A DNA stretch of 63,484 nucleotides, filler included, from Phoronis australis (GCA_002633005.1; 4 parts of 4 records of this genome joined end to end with filler, not necessarily neighbours in it), one strand, 5' to 3'. Positions 12,863 through 25,690 are shown, numbered from the whole stretch's first letter. The notes: generated by a model from the sequence alone, not told the origin. Made by a program: numbers and translations.

Positions 12863-15800
12863 GGACAATCCCGGGGATGAAAGCCATCAAGAGTTGAGTA
12901 ACCGTGAACCAGCATGGAGAATAAGAATGGGCCAAGGACCAGTGCACGGACCAGTAGCGAGGAGCTGCCTCAAGTAGCTATAGCTGAGATCTAACAATGG
13001 GAAAAAACGAAATTCCCGATGAACTAAAGCTATTTGCTGGTCAGCTCGGCTGTGATTCACTTGAGACAGGCAACTCGTACCGGCCGTCGGCGTTCGCTAT
13101 AAGGTCGTTTTATTGTGATCCAGTTTCGCGAAAACTTTATTTTATTATAGTCATTCTTTGAAGGATTTTTTTGAAAAGATGAGGTCCCGAAGTCCCTGGA
13201 ATAGTGGCTTTGGGGCTGTTTCAAAATGCCTAGCTGAAACACGACCGGTATAGTTTCAGTTTCTGGTGGCTGGGGAAAGGATAGTGTGTCCCAAAATGTA
13301 CACACTTCCTGAACGCCTGGAGTTCAAATTCAGTTCTCGTGGATCACTGAGATTCTGTGCGGGCCAACTGTATGGTTACATCTTATTTTTAACGTGGGTA
13401 CGTCAGTCATGACGTGCACGCAAATAAGAACAAGCAATCAATTCAGTTTTGTAGAACAAACATTCATAGCTCAATAGCCACAAAAACACCAAGGAAGTGC
13501 AAAGACAACCATACCAAGCAATGAGTTTGATTTTATTTATTTAAGGATTTTTAAAACGTTTTTTCTATCTACGGTTTGTGAGTCTGAATTTCATCAAGGT
13601 CTTTTAGAGTTATTTTAGATATGCAAAAATCGTCTATAAGTCCATTTTACGATTTGGGGATCGGATTATAGAGTTCTTTCCAACTACAGACTGCAATTAA
13701 ATTCACTGTAACATCATCAGTTCTTACAAGATTAGTTTCTTATTGTCAAAAATCATCTATGGATCTATCGATTTTTGTTGATACATAAACAAATAAATCA
13801 GAAACCAACGAATTTGTTTATCGAAACGGAATGTTATAAGCTATTTCCACATGCATACTTGCAGACTTTTAATGGGTAACCTGGGGAATATGGGAGATGG
13901 GGCATTCGCATAAAACTGTATTTTTGAGCAGTTCAGAGGCACCTATAACGGTTCACGAGGTAAACTTGAACTCCATTGGCAAAAAAACGCTGAAATCTTT
14001 GTTTACGATAGCGAGAGTTCTTTGAGTACCCCCACGGTCATCACAAAGAGTAGCTCAGACAGCAGTGTTTTACACATGTGTGAATTCCTCACAAACAATT
14101 CATAGTAACCATCTTCAAAAGAGAAACTAGAGTAACGTTATTTTATAGCTAACCATCGGAAGTAGTTTTTTTGTGTAATTCCCAAATAGTGGCCTTCACG
14201 TTCTTCAAAATTCCACCCTTTCGAAGGCGGTAATCCTACTGTATTTTTTCGCATTTTTTGTTGTTTGGGTTGAATGGCTGCGCTGTGCACGAATGTTTGG
14301 TGTTTTTCTTGAATTTGGAATCTCAACTTCCATCGCGTCGCATTTACTTGTATAGAGGGACAAAGGTCGACATTTCCTTCGAACTGCTCCACCGAGAGAT
14401 CAGGTACCGTCTGAAATGGGACACCATAAGACGAAATGCTAAACATCATTAAGCTTGGAAAAAAGAGTTTCATTGCCCTCAACCGTCATGTAGTCCCAAA
14501 ACGATGCAGGGAGTGGTCTCCTTCAACATGAAAGCGGGTTACACGATTTCACAAAAAACAGGAAAACAGAAATAATCGATTCCAACATTGGGCCCTCTCT
14601 CTATGAGCGGCCCCTTAAGAATTTGTCCATAAAAACACAAAAGGGGTGACCACTTGAATGTCATCAATGGTCTCCTTCAAGGGCGGGCCACCTAAACATG
14701 AAAATATCAGGAAATGCGCAACAATTGATGTTATCTGTCAGGTGATCAATTTTTTCTCAAGTAATAAACAGTTTCAAGAAAAAAATAAATCGAAAGTTGT
14801 CTCCGTTATCCCTTGCCAGAGAGGGGCATAAGGAAAAGTACAGTTTTGCATTCGTAAAAAATTCAGTAAATTAGTACGCTCCGCAAAAGCTTCGCTTTAC
14901 AAATTTTCTCGACTTTTCGTCCAGATTAACTCTTCAACTTTATGTTCTAAAAGTTACACAACGCTGCAAGGTGCAATATGGCGGCCAAAAGGTCACAAAA
15001 CGACCACTAAAATTCGCCACAAAAAGTGGTCTGTCCCTTTCTAGCACAAAGCTGTCAGACTTCAATAAATGACACAGAATTCTTCACAATATACGTTATT
15101 TATAGCAGCCACCAAAGTACAACTTTGAATCTAATTTGTAAGTTACTTATTTTCGTTGCTGAAAACATGCAATTTTGGAAACTGGGGATATTTCCAATTG
15201 TGCCAATTTGTGGTCTCATGCTCCAGCGGCGCAATTAGGGATCACTGAGTGCACAAAATTTGGCAATTAAGTTTTTGTTAGGATAACTATCCATGTACAA
15301 AATATGAAGTTTCTTTGAATTTTGACAAGTAGACTGATTTTTGAAAATCTACTGGTTTTTATATGGACTGTCCCTTAATTGTTTTTGTTAGTGATTGAAG
15401 AGAGCTCACCTTTCAGGCTAATAAAAACACCAATAGTTGTGAATGCGTACTTAGGGGAGTGATCGGAACTGTAAGATTTGTACAATCGTGAAAATGGCGA
15501 TGACGTTGAGAAAACCGGCCCTAACAAGAAATTTGTTGTTGTATCCTTTTGTTTCATTAAAAACAGACGTTAAAGAATTGTCATATGAAAGAAATTTTAA
15601 AGAGCCTCTGAAAACCATAGTTTGAAAGACTGTTACACTTCAAATACACCATGTGATAGTAGGAGTTTCTTCAGGAAATCGAGCGATCTGGCGAACTACG
15701 GTGGGTATTGGATGTGACAGATGTCTTACCAGATCTCGTGTAATTATCCCTTATTTACTTCTCGGTCAGTTACATTCCGCATAATGTTTTGGTTCAGCGA

Positions 15801-16378
15801 GAGACAACATGAATGACAAACCAATACAAACTCTTATTGTCTCGTTACGATCAACATGCAGTTTTTATTGGCAAATCTCAGCAACGTCGCTTCCGCGTGT
15901 GAAATAAAGCATAATCAGAAAGTGAGTTTATGTCGAGCAAAGAATTAATAAAATTAGTGAGTACTGTTGATGCTAACTGTGATGAAGCGTACCAAGGTAT
16001 TCTTTTATTTTTTTAACATGCCTGCGTTGAAGATAGTAGCGAAATTGGTCGGTGTTTTACCCGCTACAGGCTATGGGGAAAATGTTGATTTTTGAAATTA
16101 CGCCTTCAATAAATCTTAAGGGAAATGGCGTTGGTGAATTTACACAGGTGGTCGGTGCTTATGTACTTGAGCCCCGCCCCTTGTGCAGAGATCATTACAG
16201 GCCATGTTTTAACATGTATTAAAATACGTACACCTATGGTCAACACCCATCAGTGACAATTACTTAGTAAGCCAACAGTAGCGTGTACTATCGGATAGAA
16301 GCGGACAGGTTATCTCTACTTGTAGCCAGATGCGGCATTTTCAGAAGAAAACAGGATGGCTTCGTTTCATCAGAGAAC

Positions 16379-16540
16379 ACGGTGTGGCGCAGTGCTTTGA
16401 GCTTCAGACTTCCGCTTGTAAGATTCGGGTTCAAATCCTGGCAGACAGTCGAGCACTGCACAAAAGTGTGCCTCCCGACACAGTGCAGGTGTCAGGATTA
16501 AATCGTAGCAACTGGCATAGGCGAGGGGCCGAGGTCAGTT
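16379..16540 (+). mobile_element. tRNA-derived SINE-like sequence
   Basis: A-box-like TGGCGCAGTG (~16385) and B-box GGTTCAAATCC (~16428) at tRNA-like spacing, followed by a non-tRNA body. No convincing cloverleaf. Confidence 0.55.
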
Positions 16541-16644
16541 GAGAAAAGAAAGACAGAGAAACAAGGATTTTAGAGAACATTCAAGAGAATATTTGTCAAA
16601 GCAGTGTTTGATTTTCCATTTTAGGACCTTATCTATTGTTATTT

Positions 16645-16730
16645 CTGAGAGCCCCCATGGAAAGCAGTGTGAACTGATGGGGCTACCCTCATTGTAAATA
16701 TTACATTAATAAATAAATAAATAAATAAAT
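16645..16730 (+). mobile_element. LINE/SINE 3' end remnant with (TAAA)n tail
   Basis: Stem GCCCCCATG...GATGGGGC followed by (TAAA)5. Confidence 0.45.
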
Positions 16731-17519
16731 TGAGAGGTCGATTTAAATATAACGAATTTTCCGAGTTTAAACTTCAAGAAAATAGTAGGGAATGCAAAAT
16801 TTTATTTATCCTGCTGGAGTCATCTGTCGCGTTCTTTTTTTTCGTTTTCTTTCCTCAAAAAATTGTATGTTATTTGATAAAAATTTGAGAACCTGAAGGA
16901 TTTCACCAATTGCTGCTCATTTCCTGTTTTTGAAATTATAGATCCTTGCACATTTAGGGGCCCAGCCCTTGGACAAGGCCCCTTCATGCTTTTATTGATA
17001 ACTTCTTTGGAGGTTAGTCCCAATGATGGATTCAATTGCCATTGTTTTCTTGTTTGTGTGAAATTGAACAACGCTGTATGTTAAGGAAGGTCGCTCCTTG
17101 TGGATGGTCACACGATGATGGAATTGACTGTCATTCTTTTCTATTTTTAATGATATTTGGGCCTTCCATGTGAAGGAGACTCTTGGATCCCCTCTCGCAA
17201 GGGTGGCCCGCCGAAATTTCCCCTTTACCCCTCTGTAAATGCGGCACCGTCAACCGTTTACGAAGGAAGAAGATAAAATTCCAAATTTAACGAAAAACAT
17301 AAATCAATTCCGTGTAAAGCATAGCAATGTCAAGACGTTCAGACCAAACAACCAAAAATGATTATACTGAAAAATACAATAGAACAGATCGCCATCAAAA
17401 GTTTTAAGAACTATCTTGTGATTTAAACAAAAGCAATTTTCCCAAAGGTTTTGTAACGGTAACATGTGGATACTTTTCCCACAGTATCATAAGAATAGCT
17501 TGTTACTGCAAATTTACTC

Positions 17520-17553
17520 TGTGTGTGTGTGTGTATGTGTGTGTGTGTGTGTT

Positions 17554-17605
<52 letters not shown>

Positions 17606-17629
17606 TGTGTGTGTGTGTGTGTGTGTGTG
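17520..17629. repeat. Compound microsatellite (GT)n-(GCGT)n-(GT)n
   Basis: Directly visible. Confidence 0.97.
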
Positions 17630-19459
17630 TCTTGATCATATTAGTTTTCTGTACGACCGTAAGATGGCGTGTATTGAAATTAAGGATCTGGCGTGAGATT
17701 TGAAAGCCGCTTTTATCTCGGTATATTGAGGTGTCAAGTCATATCATTGGACTTCAACTGGTTTTGGAAGTTGTGTAGGGATCATATTGACGTGAGTTTC
17801 ACTTTCTTTGTATATAACTTTTGGACTGTCGTAAAAAGTAAAGATAAAGCGTTTATTTTTATTGTATAATATTTATTATGTCCTTGTGAAAAGTTTTTTT
17901 ACTGAAGGGAATGACTTTAGCAAGCGAACTTCAGCATCAATGTACGGGAATTATATTTGGTATTATCATTTTGTTCGCAGTTCGCCAACCAATAAAAGTC
18001 AGAATAAAGTCAATCCCTTGTTTCATTTTTGCGTGACCAACTCAGCCGTCATATATTGAAAATCATTACTGGGAGTTGTTTGCAAGAAACTCACACGTGT
18101 CGAAGAAACTGTTAGGGTGTTTACGATTTTTGCTTACCGTGTACTGAGCACATGTACATGTCTAATGGATTCAGGAACTGCCAATCATAAACATTATTTA
18201 TGGCGTTCAAGCTTAACCCATAAACCGTAATACCTACCTCTAGAATGTATCAAAATATGACGTGGTTTACACCAATAAATTTAGAAAATTTCATGGAGGG
18301 CGCCCTCAATACCCTGGGATACCCTAAATCCCATGTTCATCCGGTTATCCGTCAAGAATCTGCGATCATGTCTTCGGAAATTGCTCATTATATTCAGTAA
18401 TTGATTCTATATACGACGGCAAATGGTTTTTGATTTACATTTTAAGTATTCACGAAAGGTTTGTCCCTCCCCCTTAATAAATTGCCTACTACTTCTGCTT
18501 CGGCTTTCTCGTAAATTACGCCTTTGCCGAACTATAGTATTTGAGGGGATTCACGGAATGTCGTCAGTAACGGTCGATTTATTGAATTTAACTAGTTAAA
18601 TGCATTTATCGTCATTATTTTGACATTTGTCTCTTGATTTTGATACCAGTCCTTAGGGTTTATTTTGCATTACTCATCTCTATTTAGAAAACTGGAGGAG
18701 AAAGGTATTTTTATTTTTTTGTTAATAAACCAAAACCGGGTTTGATGCCCCTTCTAATAAACCGCCTCATTCTTATTTCATCTTACTTTAGTAACCGCCG
18801 GTGTATCCCGCAAAAGGTAACTTATAGTAAACCATGAGTCTCAGTGGCCAATAACAAACAGGGACATAGGTGTGGATCAATCTTGTCCAGTTACTGATAG
18901 CTAGTTGCCCAGGTTACCACCATTATCTCTCCCCCGCAGCCTCCATAACTCCTTCATCAGTTGCGTCAGTCGTAAAACTTACAATTCCCANCGCCGATGT
19001 CCATCTTGGGTTCTCAGTTCCCTGGCACTGCAAATTTATGGGTGAGCCCAGTCCGATACTCGCCACTCTTCCTGCGACCCCATGCTGGCACTTTAGGTAC
19101 GAAGTCTCACTGTCAAGTACCAATAGAGATTGTTATTTATTTTATGCCATTAATTCTGTGCAGTGACGGCCCTGGAGGGTTGGAGCAATGCTTGAGTGTT
19201 GACTTGGTGAGCGTTTTTGCCCCGTTACACCTGTAGATAATTTGCTGCAGTACTGATGAATAATATACGAGATATTTCAATGATTGCAAATACTAATTAA
19301 TTTAAAGAGTCAGTTTTTCTATGTTCACTAGGTGGGACGTATGTATCTGTGTGTCCAGCCCCACCCCCACCCTCCCCTGGTGCAACCTCGAAAAAATGAA
19401 GTTAAAATTGTCGACAAAACGGGAAAATGTCGCGTCATTCGGAGTTTCTCTTACGGCAG

Positions 19460-19675
19460 GTCTAAAGAGGGCACATGCTGCGAAATTTGAAGGTGGCCAG
19501 CCGCTACACTGTGAGCGTTAAGGCTTATATTCTCGACTGGAGCGGAACTACTGCCGACAAATATGTGATCGCGCCGGCCATAGTGTTCTATGACGTATTC
19601 AAGAAACATGGAGTTGAAATAACAATGGAGGAAGCACGTTTGCCAATGGGACTGAGGAAAGACTTGCACATAAAG
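19460..19675 (+). CDS. phnX: Phosphonoacetaldehyde hydrolase (phosphonatase, HAD family)-like gene, exon A; possibly a pseudogene
   Basis: Translates ...VKAYILDWSGTTADKYVIAPAIVFYDVFKKHGVEITMEEARLPMGLRKDLHIK. DWSGT matches the PhnX motif I DWAGT, and MGLRKxxH holds the Schiff-base Lys. Acceptor TTTCTCTTACGGCAG ends at 19459; donor AAG|GTAAC starts at 19676 (phase 0). In-frame ATG at 19475, with an in-frame TAA at 19463. Confidence 0.85.
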
Positions 19676-21196
19676 GTAACTATGTTGCAGTGTACAGGCA
19701 CTAAGCTTTCTACTTGAGGTGCATTTAAACTATCGCTTCAACCCGCGTTCCTATAAGTTATAGTCGTTTTAAATAAGCAGTCACAACGTCTTGCTGAAAT
19801 TTTCTGTCATTGCGTGAACAGGCCGAGGGGGAGAGAAATCTCCCTCTAAACTAGAGCAAAGCATAAATGTATTTTGTGCCTTCTGTTTCGGATTAAGAAT
19901 TTCGAACAAATCTCAAACATGATCGAGTTACAACAGATTTTTTTTCAAATATGTTCATGTGTAGGCTCCAACTTCGTTAATAGGGTCAGTGTCTGTCACT
20001 GATTATTCCAGAGGTTTTCACGCAAAATGGCCACGGTGTATAAATTGGGGAGTTTGTGTGCGTTTTTCAAATTGCGTTGTCACGTTCTCTTCTGTGATCA
20101 GTTTCCACAGATTGGCTGATTTTGATTGACTTCACCGGTTTCGCCGAGTCAACCGGGTAAGAGTGTTTCTCAATAATAAGTTCCGGTTTAGAGTCCAATC
20201 GTACATGACAACAGCTCCGTCGACACACAAACTTACCCTTGAGCAAGTTACTCCTGGAACGACTTGTCGCTAGGTTGGGGTTGTGTGAACTCTATTTAAA
20301 CCAGTACAACTTGCCCCACTTGTGACAACTTTTAAGTGCTCCACCTTTACTGGGGGAAGGGTATTACCCATTTTCTAGACTAATTTTCGCCACTTCTAAT
20401 CGGTGTGTGACCGCAATCCTGTGGAAGTAATTATCAGCTTCGGTCACATAACAGATTCTCATCAGTTGTTCATTGTCATAAACGGAGCAACTTTTACGCC
20501 TTACTCCAGTGAATTATCGGATCTTTGTACGTGGACGCGCCAAGAGTAGGCTGTGTGTGGTTTACCCGATGGAACTGGTGAAGTCTCAGAACAGAATGTG
20601 AACAAGGCATTCGGAATCAGTGTCCGCAGTACTGCAAAACAATAATGTTATCTCACACTAAAGTTGAGGGTCGTGACCCAAGGTCACAAATAATTATCTC
20701 GATTCCAGTTACCCAAATCTTCGTCTTGTTCAAAACCACTCTACCTGATGATAAGACTGATTAAAATGCCTTTACACTGTGAAATGATGGCGGGTTTATT
20801 GTGTAAAAAAACAGTGCAGGTGTCCTGATGTCATATGCGGTGGATCAGACGTGCGCAGGCCTCATGGATGGGCCCATTGCACATTGTGTAAAGGTGGGTG
20901 AGTTTTTTCGTAAAAAGGGACTGAGAATCTTGAACATGAATACTCGTGGTTTTCGTACGCAAGATTGGGGTTTGTCAGGTATCCCTAATATGTCCCTTTT
21001 TGTAACTAGGGTCTGCCTGTCTGTCAGCTGAGTTGGTACTTCGACATTTAAACACCAAGTCGTTTCATACCATTCTGTGAACTGAAGAATTTGGTGGCTG
21101 GTGAGTGATCAAAGCGTATGGCTTTCTAGTACGGAGAGGAGTGATCAGGCTCGACGACATCATATCGATCCCTACAACCTGTGCAAATATTTCCAG

Positions 21197-21321
21197 GCCA
21201 TCACAGAACTGCCTTCAGTGATAACCAAACGGAAAGACGTGAACGGCCGAGAGCCGAACCATTCTGACGTAGACAACATGTTTAAAGACTTCGTTCCAAT
21301 GCAACTAGACTGCCTAACACA
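21197..21321 (+). CDS. phnX: Phosphonatase-like gene, exon B
   Basis: TTTCCAG|GCC phase-0 acceptor joins exon A in frame: AITELPSVITKRKDVNGREPNHSDVDNMFKDFVPMQLDCLTQ, matching the PhnX cap domain after the catalytic Lys. Donor is probably GTACGT at 21322 (alternative GT at 21326). Confidence 0.8.
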
Positions 21322-21990
21322 GTACGTATAACACATTTTAATTGTAAAAAGGGGATTTCACTAGGTGGCAGTAGCTAAAAAAGGGTCCAACTTCCAGATG
21401 CGTGTACATTTACTTCGTAACTCAACACTATCCCGTACTATCTTACGAAGTTAGATCTTGTCAGCTTATTTCTACATGCGATATTTTTCGAAGAATGCGA
21501 CCATTCTATATTCATGTAATAGTACGTCAAATTTGTGAACGAACTAAATAGTTCCTAAATATTTCTTCATTTATCGTGGTTTTAAGACACACTGTTACCA
21601 GAAATCAAAACTACTTGAACGGGATATTTTCAGTGGAATTTCAACACTGACATGATCAATTGCAAAAACCCTCATGTTCTTTCTGCTTACTCGGAGATCT
21701 GGAAATAAACCTATGAACTCTATCTAGCCTGTCTTAAAGCATGTCCTTATTGTGATATGGATTTCTTTCTATCACACAATTGTATTGTGAGATCGACTAC
21801 GATTAAATTAATGTGGTTCAATCTAGGAAGGTTTGGCCAAGATTCGTTAACACATCTTTATTTGCATATGCTCTGAACCATTTGTTAACAGATAAGGGTC
21901 AATTTCAATCATGATAAGAAAATGTTGCTTAAAATACATTTTTGTTACTGATTAACCTCGTGGATCATCAAACAGGAGTTTGTTCATTCC

Positions 21991-22485
21991 AGGACAAAGC
22001 CCGGTGGCACGAACTTGGGGATGCAGTCGGTGGGGATAAAGAGCATCTTTTGGCAAGCCATCGGCGAGCTCCAGTGGAAACAGATCATCCCCAAACTGTG
22101 AAGGATGAACCGCTTTGAAGACCAGTCGTCAGACATCATCCTGCACTGCGCTGGCAACGACATCGGTCACACCAAATTGCATGAGCTACGCACCATTCAC
22201 AAAGTATGCACTTCCTGAGATTACAACAAATTTCCAAACAGTACAACTATTTGGTCCGCAATACTACCACGATTACAATGACGAAGAGGTAACATGAAAG
22301 TCGTGAACAACGCCAGGGCTAGAATCAACTCCATGGCGGCTAAGATTGCTCTCAATCATTTTGGGTGCTACATCAGGCACCCTGACATTACAGCAGACTC
22401 CACGTTGTTTTTCGAGCCACGTGGTGTCCATCTGTTGCCTGGAAACGATACTTTTCTCAATGCTGTGAAGGGTGTCTTAGAGTAA
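21991..22485 (+). pseudogene. Decayed SGNH-hydrolase-like ORF, probably from a Ngaro/DIRS-type retroelement
   Basis: One frame with three TGA stops: PGGTNLG...IFWQAIGELQWKQIIP...DIILHCAGNDIG...IWSAILPR...RARINS...YIRHPDI...PRGVHL. It has a GND block and a degenerate DGVH block, and is intronless. Confidence 0.65.
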
Positions 22486-23588
22486 TTCACTGCTGGCGGA
22501 CCTCAAGTTTATGGTTAATAGTTCGCTCAGTTGTGCTTATGTAAGAGTCTTCTCAATGGTACTTTGTTTGAGGTATATCACCATATTATATTATATTGTG
22601 TAACTGCCCCTCTACTTCTTACCTCATCCCCTACCACTCCTATTAGTCTCTAAGTACAAGAATCACGGCCTCCCACGAGGGTTGTGGCGGTGGATTGTTC
22701 ATTCACGAACAACCCATTTGGCACAAACTGAGCCACAACACCAAGTTGCTTACAATATCTCTTTTTATCATTCCGGTTGGTCTGCTCCGGCACTCAGCTT
22801 GTCCGGAACCTGTTTTACCAGGTTAATTGTTATAGCCCAGTTGGCTGTTTGGTGTGTCCTCTTCGTACTTTATGTGATATTTGTCCATTTGGCAGTTTGT
22901 ATCCATTTGATACTTATCATTGAATATGTGGTCAGTTTGCTCCACCCACTTGGTAGGCATTCGACCAATACCCATTTGGTATTACGTAACCAATTGGTAC
23001 TATACTAACCTCTGCGACTCTTTATCCGATACTCAATTAAACATTAGATTTTGTGAATGTGTATGTTTTCTTTTGTAATTAAGGAACCCATCTGGTACCT
23101 TCTGTAATATAATTAATTGCGAAAGCCATGGCCCTGAAATTCTCAAAACAACCTAATATATACATTGTCTCTGTGTTGTTTTATTTGTTCCCAAAAATGA
23201 GATTGATGGCACTCTGACATAAATCCTATTATTTGAGAAAATACTATTTTGCAACCCTTGAAGCTTCACATACAATTAATATTTATTTCCGGTTGTTCTT
23301 TCTCTCTAGCTTCCGATTGACCCAGCGTCGACGAACAATATATTTACTCGAAAGTTTTTCCCAATTAAACAGTTTTATAACTATCCCACCCACCCTACCC
23401 TATGTTGTAAAAAAATCTGGTGCTGGTTATTGCTTTTATTACAGCCACTGCTGGTACCTCCTTCAGGCCCAAAGTGTGCTGCCGTCAAGTAAGATAAGAC
23501 TCCATTGGCTTGTGACCAGAACTTCGCTCGAGTTTCCATCACCGCAGATTTCGTTAATCTATCCCGGTCACATCTCTCAGGACAATGG

Positions 23589-23688
23589 NNNNNNNNNNNN
23601 NNNNNNNNNNNNNNNNNNNNNNNNNNNNNNNNTTAATTAATTAANNNNNNNNNNNNNNNNNNNNNNNNNNNNNNNNNNNNNNNNNNNN
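23589..23688. other. Assembly gap with artificial TTAATTAATTAA linker
   Basis: N44-TTAATTAATTAA-N44, identical in layout to 31618-31717 and 56931-57030. Confidence 0.97.
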
Positions 23689-24530
23689 ACCTGGGATTTT
23701 GGCTAGCGATTTGAATAGCGTCGAGCCCTGAACAACGTGACTTTGATGGTTTAGTCGGTGCGAGGCATAATTCGCCGAAAAGCTTCCGGCGTATAGAGCG
23801 CCTATAGCCTCTGCATCGCCTCTGGTTCAGGCCAACAGAGGTGATGGTCATTGCCTAACTAGCAATATGCTTCACGCGGTCAAGGTCAAGTAGGGTACGA
23901 AATAATCCGATGAGTTACAAATCGACGCCAATTGCCGGTTCACCACGGAAGCTTACGAAATGGTCTGGCTAAGTGGAGTTATTGATGTCGTGACCTTCCG
24001 TGACAAACCGGCAATTTCCATGTAGCATACTGCTGGTTTGCAGTGACTTTTTGGGAAGATTTTTGTGCTTTGACCACGCATTTGTTGCGAACTCAACGGA
24101 GCTGGACACTGTATGGTATTGGGAGAAAGAACAATTCCTCGGGATTTGTTGAAACTGTTCTTCGAAAATTTCTTGAGTTTTGTGTTTGCTATGGACAGCT
24201 GAAGTGAAGCACCCGTGGAATTTCTAGTCCGGAGTGTCATACCTTGTAGTATATTATATAGTGTATTGGGGACGATCAGAAGCTGAGGACGCCTGTGATA
24301 AAGTTGCCTGTGGTCTCAGGGCTCAACACTAACGGTTGCCCGATTGCCCGTGTACATGTAGATTTTGCGTCGGGCAAGTAGAATTTGAAAAGTACTTGCC
24401 CGATGGACAAGTTCAGGGCTCGACGCTATTACAATCGCCAGGTCGCATTTTGCGACCTAGCCAAAATCCCAGGTCGCATTTTCAAAATCCAGCTCGCATT
24501 CATAAATGCCAGGTCGCAAAATTTTCCCGC
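23689..24530. repeat. Near-identical direct copy of ~30406-31248
   Basis: Identical translated ORFs (23953..24240 = 30670..30957) and matching nucleotide text. Bounded by a gap and an N. Confidence 0.92.
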
Positions 24531-24599
24531 CANAACCCCCCAACTATACTACCACGACCATCCCCACACTTGTGGAATCTGTGTCTCCACATTGCCGAT

Positions 24600-24902
24600 A
24601 TTTCCATCAGAAAACGAGAGGATAGTTTCATCTCAATAATAGATGCTTATATTCCAAATTTTATGAAAATACGTTGAGGACTTCTGAAGATACAGAGGTA
24701 AGCGTAAAAAACTAAAATTTCCACTAGGGGGCACACCAGTAGTCGGAGAGGTCCGAAGTTCGTAGACGTTGGTTGTGAGCTCCATAGAAACACAACTGCC
24801 AAATCTCATCAAGATCCTGTGAGGGGTTTGGGAGATACAGCTGCAGACGCCAGACAGACAGAGATGATGGCAACCACATATAAATATGTGGGCGCATAAA
24901 AA
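24600..24902. mobile_element. Helentron/HINE-like element, terminal fragment
   Basis: Shares the repeat unit (CCACTAGGGGGCACACC), a CAGA repeat and the terminal hairpin CCACATATAAATATGTGGGCGCATAAAAA with 36139-38127. Confidence 0.75.
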
Positions 24903-25374
24903 GGGGGATATAAGTAAGGCGAGTCCATATTCTCACATAAATATATTTCACGAGTGAAATACCATTTATGTTCAAATATGTCCTGAAAATGATAGGTGCG
25001 TCGCAAGCTCTGTTTTGCAGAGATGAAAAGGAGACCATATATAGGCAAAATAAAGGTCATTTCTTATGACTGCTAACGGTTAAGAAATTGCCTAAACGTT
25101 CAGTGTGTAGGAAGCCATCTTTTTTTAAAGGAGCAATGTTTGGTGATTCTTTGCTGAGACATTTGATGAAAGAGTAAAATCTTTTTGGATTATTTCTTTG
25201 GAAAGGTGTAATTATGTTGTTGATGTAATTCTAGTAGGTTTGTGGGTTTCTTGTTGGACTAGTTTCCTAAGTTTTAGGAAGTTTTCTCTGTCAGTTTAAT
25301 TTCCAGTATGTTACGAATGGCGAAAGGGTTTGTTTTTTTAATTTTGGGATTTATCCAAGGAATTCGACTTTTTA

Positions 25375-25690
25375 GCCCCCCTCCCGCCCAGGAAAATTTT
25401 CTGTTTTTTCCTCTCAAAAACAAGCATTTTCCTTGATTCCTGAAGTATTATCCAAGAAAAAAAGGCAAAAAAAACTTGGAGAACGTGTCAAACAGGAAAA
25501 CATGCAAGTTCCACAGACTCGAACTTACGACCTGGCGGATAGAGCGCGCGTGCTTTACCACTACACCACCACGATTTAACTACTAATCGAATACTAAGAG
25601 ACCTACTTGTTTATGGTCCACAGCGTTTGCGCGCGAAACCAACTTCTTTTTGTTATGCTTATTACACGTTTTTAATAAATTTCTTGTATT
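25375..25690 (-). repeat. Interspersed repeat with an internal tRNA-like segment; inverted copy of ~56565-56885
   Basis: The minus strand at ~25505-25573 reads GTGGTGGTGTAGTGGTAAAGCACGCGCG...AGTTCGAGTC (A and B boxes). Both flanks are shared with the 56.6-kb copy. Confidence 0.7.

Noticed and set aside
11668-12915. Long ORFs of 312-400 aa (also 50123-50707)
   Set aside because: Made almost entirely of X residues from N gaps.
16283-16542. Candidate first exon of the phosphonatase-like gene (ATG 16356, GT 16489)
   Set aside because: That frame has two stops, the donor is weak, and A/B boxes explain the segment better as a SINE.
18870-19236. Overlapping short ORFs upstream of the phosphonatase exon
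   Set aside because: No recognisable motif or consistent splice-site pair.
20140-20360. Possible old CORE-type SINE (CCCTTGAGCAAGTTACT) in the phosphonatase intron
   Set aside because: Only one short motif; promoter boxes and ends are too degenerate to support a call.
23633-23644. Palindromic TTAATTAATTAA repeated at three loci
   Set aside because: Always centred in fixed-length N runs; a six-frame-stop scaffolding linker, not biology.
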